Below, in pieces: positions 32,429-38,252 of a stretch of 38,252 bases of DNA. Location of the stretch: positions 1-38,252 of the forward strand of contig DAOVKO010000001.1 in assembly GCA_030631725.1 (NCBI GenBank). The letters run 5' to 3'. The position numbers were made by a program, and so were the translations under genes. The stretch is from Actinomycetes bacterium (GTDB taxonomy: Bacteria; Planctomycetota; Phycisphaerae; JAACET01). Each line of letters begins with the position of its first letter. The stretch's first letter is position 1. The notes beneath the pieces were generated by a model, which did not search any database, was not told the origin of the DNA, and was given only the letters and a program-made list of their open reading frames with translations.

Positions 32429-32448
32429 GTGCCTCAACGGAGAGCGCA
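32429..32448 (+). repeat. R-family repeat, degenerate copy R5
   Basis: GTGCCTCAACGGAGAGCGCA shares GTGCCTCAACG and the GAGCG core. It lies in the convergent spacer between putP and the GH38 gene. Confidence 0.3.
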
Positions 32449-32550
32449 TGCCCGGCCAATTCCTCGGCTGGCGTTGGATTAACGGATATCCGGGGCAGGG
32501 CAAAGTCATTCGCAGAAGTGCGGGTAGCCGCAGTCCCTGTGCAGTCCGAT

Positions 32551-35307
32551 CTATAACGTGACTCGCAGGGTTACTATCTTCTTGGCCTCCACTTTCAGGC
32601 ATACCTTCTGCTGGTCTATTTGCAGCTTCTCCTGCAGATCTGTTTCCATCAGATTGACTAGCTCGGCCTTGCTGAAGGGAAAGCCCAGGCGAACGGCACC
32701 ATCCACCGTCCTGCTGGTTGGATTACTGAGGCGGATGATCAGCGAGTCGTCCCATTCCCCTCTTTTCATGGCGTTGAGCACCAAGCCGTCGCCTTCAATT
32801 CCAACAAATGAATCTTCAGTTGGACAATCCCCCTTCCCCGGCCCAGCAGCCGCAACTACAAAGTCAACGTTGAATTTCTCGGCCTCATAAAGCACATCCC
32901 CTTGGTCCCAATTCCCTTTGTGCGGCAAAACCGCATATTCAAATGTGTGAGTCCCCTGCAGTTGAGGGCCCGACTCATCATAAAACCGGGCCATTCTAAC
33001 GGAGTTCCACGCCCGGTGACAGCGAAGCAGAGTCAGGGCAATCGTCCGCTCAGGGTCATCCACCGCCTCGTACACCGACAGCCCCCTATTCATCACCGCC
33101 AGCCCCAGCATCCCATCTGAGAGATCCACGAAGTTCTGATGAGGTTGGCAGGGATTGTAAGGCTCGCACCAGCCGTCCGTGTCCGGCAACGGTATATCTC
33201 TGGCCAACACATCAAACGGGACCTCGGCATAGACCTTGTCGGTCTTTATTTTGCTGGGGAACCGAGTCCTGAAAATGTGATCCTCGACGTTATTCTCAAT
33301 AGTCGTCTTGATTCTCAAGAACCGTTCGCCCTGATTCAGCCTGTAAACAGTCCTGACATTAAGTGGCCTGGTTTCGTTAGCCCGGGCCTGGCCATCATAA
33401 GTGGCTTTCAACGGCACATCCAAAGTTATACTCGCCTGGATAGCCGCGGAAATCAACCCATCTTCGACAACAGTTATATCCGCCCGAACTCCACTGCTGC
33501 TGATAGTCTTGTCCTTTGGCGGAAACCTCTTGGTCCAGTAGTCACCGACATCACCGCGGTCTTCGAAGGTGTTCAATTTCTCCAGCTTCTGCCCCGTCTC
33601 CAGGCATTCAACATTGACTGAACCGTCTCGATTTACCTTCACCCGCAGATATGCATTCTCCATTACGTTCAGGCCCCTGACCATAGTTCCCCCGCTATGA
33701 GGGGATTTCTCCGCGGGTATAATCCTATAGGCCCTGTATCCCAGAGCCGGCATATTCTCAGCCTCAAAACTCATCCGAAAGCGGTCGCAAAATATGCTGT
33801 GAGGCTGCTCATTCGGATGATTGAACACCGCGAAATTATCAAACCGTTCGTTTATCTGACACGCAATCTCCTTGCCGTCGATCGCACAAAGCCTGAATCC
33901 TTCCATATTACGTTCTTTGTCCAGGTCAAATTCAGCGTTCACCACCTGACTCGTGCATCTTGGCAGAGGATTAAAAACTATCAAAACAACTTCGTCGGCA
34001 GCACTGTTAGATGTATCTATCCTGCCGGCGATGTTTATGGCCGCGTCGTTCACCATCCCCTGGGCCAACATGTTCACCGTTCTGAGCCGGTAACGTACGT
34101 CCTCATCTACGGTGTCTCTCCCGCACCCGCCCAAAGAGTCGTGAGCATGGTTCTGCAGAAGAAGATGCCAGGCCCTGTCCAGCATGAATCTGGGGTACTC
34201 GCAGCCCATAGTCGAGACAATCGCGGCCAGCGGCTCGGCAACTCTCTGAAGCACGAACTCCGCTCTCCTGTTCATGTATTTCGTCGGAATGCGGCAGGAC
34301 TGCACGTCCGTATATACCTCTATCAGTTCCGGCACTATCCTGGTGTTGTGCCGCATTTCTCCTCTAAGGATCTTGAGCTTATCCAGGTCAAGTTCCTTAC
34401 AGGCCAGCTCCACAAAATCAGGCAGGGCACCTTGGGCCACCTTCTTGCCGTTGGTAATTCTCTTGTTAATCTCCTTGATGATCTTCGTAGTCAGAGAAAA
34501 GGGACCTGTGCAGTCATCACACTCCGGAGCCAGGGCCCACGAAGTCATCCATTGACCGAGATCCTTGTCTTCCAGTTCCTTGACGGCAGCTTCAATTTCC
34601 TCCGGATGCCAGCCTATGGGCGGCTGATGGAATTCATAGGGGCTGGCCGAGCCGCTGCCACAGATTCTCAGAGGCTTGCCCCCCTGCTGCCATTTGTAGG
34701 AACCTTCGTGCCAGCGGCGCTTGTAAGCTATGGGGCGGTCAACAAGTTGAAAAAAGCACACCCTGGTGAAGTTGCCCAGCTTGATTCCCAGTATTTGCGT
34801 CCCGTCGGGACCCTCCCAGATATAGAAATTCTCCGGCGACTGATCGGGAGTGATCCCCCGGTAGAAAATTATGCTGTTCAGGCCGAACCCCTTCATGATT
34901 TGCGGCATCTGGCTGACCTGGCCCCAGGAACTCGGAGTGTACCCCACCTTCATGTTGCCGCCGTATTTACGACCAAGCCTTTCCCCCCAGAGAAAATTGC
35001 GCACGATCGATTCACCGGAAAGCTGGTTCTCCGTCGGCAGAACGTACCACGGTCCGATTAGCAGCCTGCCCTGTTTGACATAATCAATCACCTTTTGCTT
35101 ATTCCCCGGCCGGGCTTCCAGGTAGTCGTCCAGCAGGATGGTCTGACCGTCAAGATGAAAGCACTTGTAGTCGGGGTCCTTCTCCAGCATCTCCAGAACA
35201 CTGTCCATCATCTCAACCAGGAGAACGCGAGTCTTCTCAAACGGAAAACGCCATTCTCTGTCCCAGTGAGTCAGGCTCACCACGAAGATGTTATTCTTGA
35301 GTTCCAT
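32551..35307 (-). CDS. GH38 alpha-mannosidase family protein (cytoplasmic)
   Basis: About 918 aa. N-terminal VSLTHWDREWRFPFE, then NHAHDSLGG, and the typical GH38 multi-domain length. ATG 35307 has AGGAAGGA upstream. No signal peptide. Confidence 0.85.
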   Translation of the reverse strand: MELKNNIFVVSLTHWDREWRFPFEKTRVLLVEMMDSVLEMLEKDPDYKCFHLDGQTILLDDYLEARPGNKQKVIDYVKQGRLLIGPWYVLPTENQLSGESIVRNFLWGERLGRKYGGNMKVGYTPSSWGQVSQMPQIMKGFGLNSIIFYRGITPDQSPENFYIWEGPDGTQILGIKLGNFTRVCFFQLVDRPIAYKRRWHEGSYKWQQGGKPLRICGSGSASPYEFHQPPIGWHPEEIEAAVKELEDKDLGQWMTSWALAPECDDCTGPFSLTTKIIKEINKRITNGKKVAQGALPDFVELACKELDLDKLKILRGEMRHNTRIVPELIEVYTDVQSCRIPTKYMNRRAEFVLQRVAEPLAAIVSTMGCEYPRFMLDRAWHLLLQNHAHDSLGGCGRDTVDEDVRYRLRTVNMLAQGMVNDAAINIAGRIDTSNSAADEVVLIVFNPLPRCTSQVVNAEFDLDKERNMEGFRLCAIDGKEIACQINERFDNFAVFNHPNEQPHSIFCDRFRMSFEAENMPALGYRAYRIIPAEKSPHSGGTMVRGLNVMENAYLRVKVNRDGSVNVECLETGQKLEKLNTFEDRGDVGDYWTKRFPPKDKTISSSGVRADITVVEDGLISAAIQASITLDVPLKATYDGQARANETRPLNVRTVYRLNQGERFLRIKTTIENNVEDHIFRTRFPSKIKTDKVYAEVPFDVLARDIPLPDTDGWCEPYNPCQPHQNFVDLSDGMLGLAVMNRGLSVYEAVDDPERTIALTLLRCHRAWNSVRMARFYDESGPQLQGTHTFEYAVLPHKGNWDQGDVLYEAEKFNVDFVVAAAGPGKGDCPTEDSFVGIEGDGLVLNAMKRGEWDDSLIIRLSNPTSRTVDGAVRLGFPFSKAELVNLMETDLQEKLQIDQQKVCLKVEAKKIVTLRVTL

Positions 35308-35348
35308 TCCATCCTTCCTAGCCCGCCCAGGCCCATGTTCACTGGACT

Positions 35349-36341
35349 TCATTCGCCCAGAATCACATCCAGAGCATCCGCCAGATCCTTGCATTTCCTA
35401 TATATCAAGGGCCCCACCCCGCTGGCCTCGATGTTGCCCCCTTCGATCCCGATGGCCGCAAATCCAGCCAGACGAATCGCCACCACTCCTGCTCCCGAAT
35501 CTTCAAGCCCCACCACTTTGGCTCGCCTGCCCGGATCCAAGCCTAACCCGACCCTGGCGATCTCCGCATAAAGCCACGGATGCGGCTTAGGCGAAAGCTC
35601 TCCCAGCGTACCCGCCTGGCCTTGTCCCGGCTGAAATCCCGCCGTTATTATCGCGTCGTAAAAATCTTTCGGATCCCCCATTCCCACAGTCCGAAACACC
35701 GCCACGATCTCCGGCCAGGCCTTCTCGTACAGCCCCGAGGTCACCAGTCCAATCTTCACTTTCTCTTCCTTGAGTCTCATCAGGAACTCTTTCAGCCCCG
35801 GACTGGGCACGAAGGCGTCGGCCCGACCTCTGCCGCTAAGAATCTCCGCCATCTCCCGCCGGGTGATCTGGAAGTAGTGTTCACGCGCTTCTTCGACCGT
35901 CCTGTCCGGACAGTATTTCTCAATGCAGTGCTGCAAATGTTCCGACACTGAGTGCCCGCTGACATACGGCTCGTCCTCGGCCGCCAGCTCAAACTTCGAA
36001 TCCGCCAACAGCCTGGCCACGGTCTGTTCGATTATCCAGGTCCAGAAATGCTCGCTGCGCACGCTCGTCCCGTCCAGATCCATCAGCACGACTTCTATCG
36101 GCTGTTCCGGTTCTGCAGCGCGCACCGGATAGTACGCCGGATAACCCATAGCCGATTTGACATAGGCCAGCGTCCTGTCTTCGAAAGCGATGAACTCCAC
36201 CTTGCGGTCACCGGTGGCCGTGATCGATACCACGCCGTCTTGCCCGACCGTGAAGATACCATCGCTACATTCTTCCAAAGGCAGCATACCGGAATGGTCT
36301 GGAATCTCGCCGATGCCCGGTATGTTCAGCGGACTTGTCAT
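35349..36341 (-). CDS. HAD-superfamily hydrolase with ~95-aa N-terminal extension
   Basis: HAD motifs LMDLDGT (I), LVTSG (II) and KPHP...EDSGAGV (III/IV). The first ~95 aa have no recognised family. It lies 41 nt upstream of the GH38 gene. Confidence 0.75.
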   Translation of the reverse strand: MTSPLNIPGIGEIPDHSGMLPLEECSDGIFTVGQDGVVSITATGDRKVEFIAFEDRTLAYVKSAMGYPAYYPVRAAEPEQPIEVVLMDLDGTSVRSEHFWTWIIEQTVARLLADSKFELAAEDEPYVSGHSVSEHLQHCIEKYCPDRTVEEAREHYFQITRREMAEILSGRGRADAFVPSPGLKEFLMRLKEEKVKIGLVTSGLYEKAWPEIVAVFRTVGMGDPKDFYDAIITAGFQPGQGQAGTLGELSPKPHPWLYAEIARVGLGLDPGRRAKVVGLEDSGAGVVAIRLAGFAAIGIEGGNIEASGVGPLIYRKCKDLADALDVILGE

Positions 36342-36515
36342 ATTCGTAACCGTTCAGGCCCTTTGGGAGCTGCGACGTCTCGCCCGACCGGGCAACGCAC
36401 CCGGCAGTAAAACACCAAAGCCTCAATCTGTTTCGCAATATACACCTGCCCTGCTGTTTTGCAAGCACTTTTTTTCTTCAACATTCAAGCGGAGGGCTAC
36501 GTGCGCCCGATAATG
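36342..36515 (-). promoter_or_regulatory. promoter + 5' leader cassette, copy 2 (abuts HAD start codon)
   Basis: 174 bp, about 87% identical to 15748-15921. On the minus strand: TTGCAA (36459-36464), 16-nt spacer, TATATT (36437-36442). The predicted ~90-nt leader ends directly at ATG 36341. Confidence 0.6.
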
Positions 36516-36600
36516 CTACCAACAGCCCAACATGGAGCGGCCGGTCATGATGCTGGCCCGTGGGGGCTATGCTATCAACATGTTCCTTTACTGTCGCCGA

Positions 36601-36660
36601 GTTATCCACAGCCTTGCTGCGCCGGCTCTTTGTGGGCCGCTCCGCAAGACCGTGGATAAC
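36601..36660. promoter_or_regulatory. 60-bp imperfect palindrome whose arms end in DnaA-box-like 9-mers
   Basis: TTATCCACA (36602-36610) matches the DnaA-box consensus exactly. CGTGGATAA (36651-36659) is the reverse complement of TTATCCACG (8/9). The arms pair at about 19/26 by hand count. Confidence 0.4.
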
Positions 36661-36735
36661 GTCGGGAATGGTATCAGGATGAACCGCTCAACGTGAAAAG
36701 AGGACTGATATTCAGCAGAAGATTTGTTGTTGACA

Positions 36736-36775
36736 GATCGTCTTTGCTCATAGAAGATCGTCTTGACTCATAGAA
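36736..36775 (+). repeat. 20-bp tandem direct repeat upstream of the NPP-family gene
   Basis: GATCGTCTTTGCTCATAGAA (36736-36755) / GATCGTCTTGACTCATAGAA (36756-36775), 18/20, followed by a partial third unit GGTCGCT. It lies 46-85 nt upstream of ATG 36821. TTGACA and TTGACT hexamers lie at and within the units. Confidence 0.7.
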
Positions 36776-36820
36776 GGTCGCTACGATGGCTACAACCAGG
36801 TTTAAGAATCTAGAATCAAG

Positions 36821-38252
36821 ATGTTGGCAAATCGGCGAAACAGACGGCTAAAGCTGCTACTCCTGGTAGCTTTGTTCATTCTGGCGATACCCGCTCAGGC
36901 ACAGGCCTATATCGGTCCAGGTGCGGGTTTTGCCCTGTTCGGCTCGTTCTTAGTGATGTTTACCGCCTTAGCGTCCGCGGTCTCTGCCCTGTTCACCTGG
37001 CCGATACGCTATGTCATTCGGGCAATCCGCCGTAGACGCGCTTTTGCCCGGAGCCGAATCAAGAGATTCGTGATCCTGGGGCTGGACGGCATGGATCCGG
37101 AATTGACCGAGAGCCTTCTGGCTGAGGGCAGACTGCCGCACCTGGCAAGCCTTCGCGATAAAGGCTGTTTCAAACGGCTGGCAACGACCGTTCCTTCTAT
37201 GTCCCCGGTGGCCTGGTCCAGTTTTCAGACGGGAGTCAATCCCGGCAAACACAATATCTTTGATTTTTTAACGCGCGATAAGCAAACATATCAGCCCCGG
37301 CTTAGCTCCACGGACATCAGAGGACCACGACGTACGATCCGTCTGGGCAAGTATCAGTTTCCACTGGGCAAGGCCGATATCCGCCTGCTGCGCAGGAGCA
37401 CACCGTTTTGGAAGATCCTCGGCGAGCACGGAATCTTCAGCGCCGTCATCCGGGTGCCGATTACTTTTCCGCCGGAGAAGTTTCGCGGCGTACAGTTGTC
37501 CGGAATGTGCGTCCCCGACCTGCGGGGGACACAAGGGACGTTTTCTTTTTATACGACTGCAAGCAATAGCCGGGGCGATCACACCGGAGGTGAAAGATAT
37601 AGTGTGACCAGGGAAGGTGATACGATAGCGGCGGAACTCATTGGGCCCGAGAACCCCTTGCGCAGAGACAAGGGGATTCTGAAATGCCCCTTTGTGATAA
37701 CCATTACTGGTCCGTTATCAGCCAGTATCAAGATAAACGGTTCAACTTACAAAATTGAGAAAGACAAATATACCGAGTGGATAAAGGTCAGCTTTAGAGT
37801 AATCCGGGGCATGAAGGTGCACGGTATCTGCAAGTTTCTCTTGCAGCAGACCTCGCCCGAGTTTCAGTTGTACGTAACCCCTATCAATATCGACCCCGAG
37901 AAACCGGCCATGCCCGTAAGTTACCCTGCCGTTTACTCGACTTATCTTGCCAAGCTTCAGGGACCATTCGCTACCCTGGGGCTGGCTGAAGACAGCTGGG
38001 CCCTGAACGAGAAAGTTCTGGTGGACGCGAGTTTCATAGAACAGTGTATCCAAATGGACCTCGAACGGGAGAAGATGTTTTTTGACGCTTTGGATAAGGT
38101 CAAGCACGGCTTATGCGTGTGCGTATTCGACGGGACCGACCGGCTGCAGCACACTTTTTGGCGAGATATCGACAAGGATCATCCGGCCCTGCGGGAACGG
38201 CCCAGTCCGGCAGGACGCAATGTAATTGGCGAATTGTATCAGCGGATGGATG
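36821..38252 (+). CDS. alkaline phosphatase / type I phosphodiesterase-nucleotide pyrophosphatase family protein (partial, runs off window)
   Basis: Not in the supplied ORF track because there is no stop before the window end. Hand translation gives MLANRRNRRLKLLLLVALFILAIPAQAQAYIGPGAGFALFG...ILGLDGMDPEL...TTVPSMSPVAWSSFQTGVNPGKHNIFDF. These are the NPP-family metal and nucleophile motifs. In-frame stop at 36803-36805. Confidence 0.75.
   Translation, partial: MLANRRNRRLKLLLLVALFILAIPAQAQAYIGPGAGFALFGSFLVMFTALASAVSALFTWPIRYVIRAIRRRRAFARSRIKRFVILGLDGMDPELTESLLAEGRLPHLASLRDKGCFKRLATTVPSMSPVAWSSFQTGVNPGKHNIFDFLTRDKQTYQPRLSSTDIRGPRRTIRLGKYQFPLGKADIRLLRRSTPFWKILGEHGIFSAVIRVPITFPPEKFRGVQLSGMCVPDLRGTQGTFSFYTTASNSRGDHTGGERYSVTREGDTIAAELIGPENPLRRDKGILKCPFVITITGPLSASIKINGSTYKIEKDKYTEWIKVSFRVIRGMKVHGICKFLLQQTSPEFQLYVTPINIDPEKPAMPVSYPAVYSTYLAKLQGPFATLGLAEDSWALNEKVLVDASFIEQCIQMDLEREKMFFDALDKVKHGLCVCVFDGTDRLQHTFWRDIDKDHPALRERPSPAGRNVIGELYQRMD

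Noticed and set aside
33697-35061. 454-aa plus-strand ORF antisense to the GH38 gene. Similar cases: 13796-14845 antisense to DUF4838, 21607-22335 antisense to FG-GAP, and 27558-28019 / 28620-29129 antisense to pruA.
   Set aside because: All are antisense shadow ORFs with Arg/Gly/Pro/His-rich compositions and no recognisable motifs. The opposite strand carries strong family signatures.
36516-36820. Chromosomal replication origin (oriC) suggested by the DnaA-box-like 9-mers
   Set aside because: There are only two boxes. There is no cluster, no adjacent AT-rich unwinding element, and no dnaA/dnaN/gidA-type neighbours in the window.
1-38252. By-eye search for CRISPR arrays, rRNA genes, further tRNAs, integrase/recombinase genes, hammerhead-type ribozyme cores, and att-like repeats of the tRNA-Val 3' end
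   Set aside because: I saw no regularly spaced repeat-spacer arrays, no rRNA-like stretches, no second cloverleaf and no recombinase motifs. The single CTGATGA near 11160 lacks the other hammerhead elements. No copy of the tRNA 3' end was found downstream.

Overview
The window looks like a bacterial chromosomal segment of about 55-60% GC. The gene content suggests a PVC/Planctomycetota-like anaerobe, but that is only an impression. All identities, spacings and GC values below are hand or by-eye estimates, and no database search was run.

Layout:
- 1-6128 (+): housekeeping genes. MEMO-like AmmeMemoRadiSam protein B, a B12-binding corrinoid protein, an RluD-type pseudouridine synthase, tatA, tRNA-Val(CAC), murJ and a LOG-family protein.
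- 6144-8128: a lower-GC accessory islet. It holds a REP-like repeat, a wHTH regulator + membrane protein operon with an operator over its -10, and an MNT/HEPN toxin-antitoxin pair.
- 8130-12045 (-): rpmB-gatC-gatA-gatB. Two structured inserts interrupt this row.
- 12131-12700: gene debris, an IS256-family transposase fragment fused to a short-chain dehydrogenase (SDR) fragment.
- 12768-17399 (-): signal-less glycan-type enzymes (epimerase, DUF4838, BNR/sialidase-like).
- 17441-18441: a truncated M24 peptidase and a MITE-like element.
- 18449-23982: an S1 protease, a 641-aa exported protein and a divergent FG-GAP protein.
- 24000-26400: a markedly AT-richer 3-gene islet (unknown helical protein, isochorismatase-type hydrolase, divergent nucleoside phosphorylase).
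- 26504-32342 (+): mobA, pruA, DUF2284, a lipoprotein and putP.
- 32551-36341 (-): a HAD + GH38 operon.
- 36821 to the window end (+): an open-ended NPP/alkaline-phosphatase-family ORF that is missing from the ORF track.

Most interesting observations:
1. A 174-bp promoter + 5' leader cassette occurs at about 87% identity in front of two different glycan-enzyme operons.
2. A dispersed 20-mer family (TGCCTCAACGCCGAGCGGA) sits in six intergenic spacers, always in the sense orientation.
3. The low-GC islet genes each carry the same two-block upstream motif.
4. Several MITE/REP-like structured repeats are present.

No rRNA genes, CRISPR arrays or intact mobile elements were seen.
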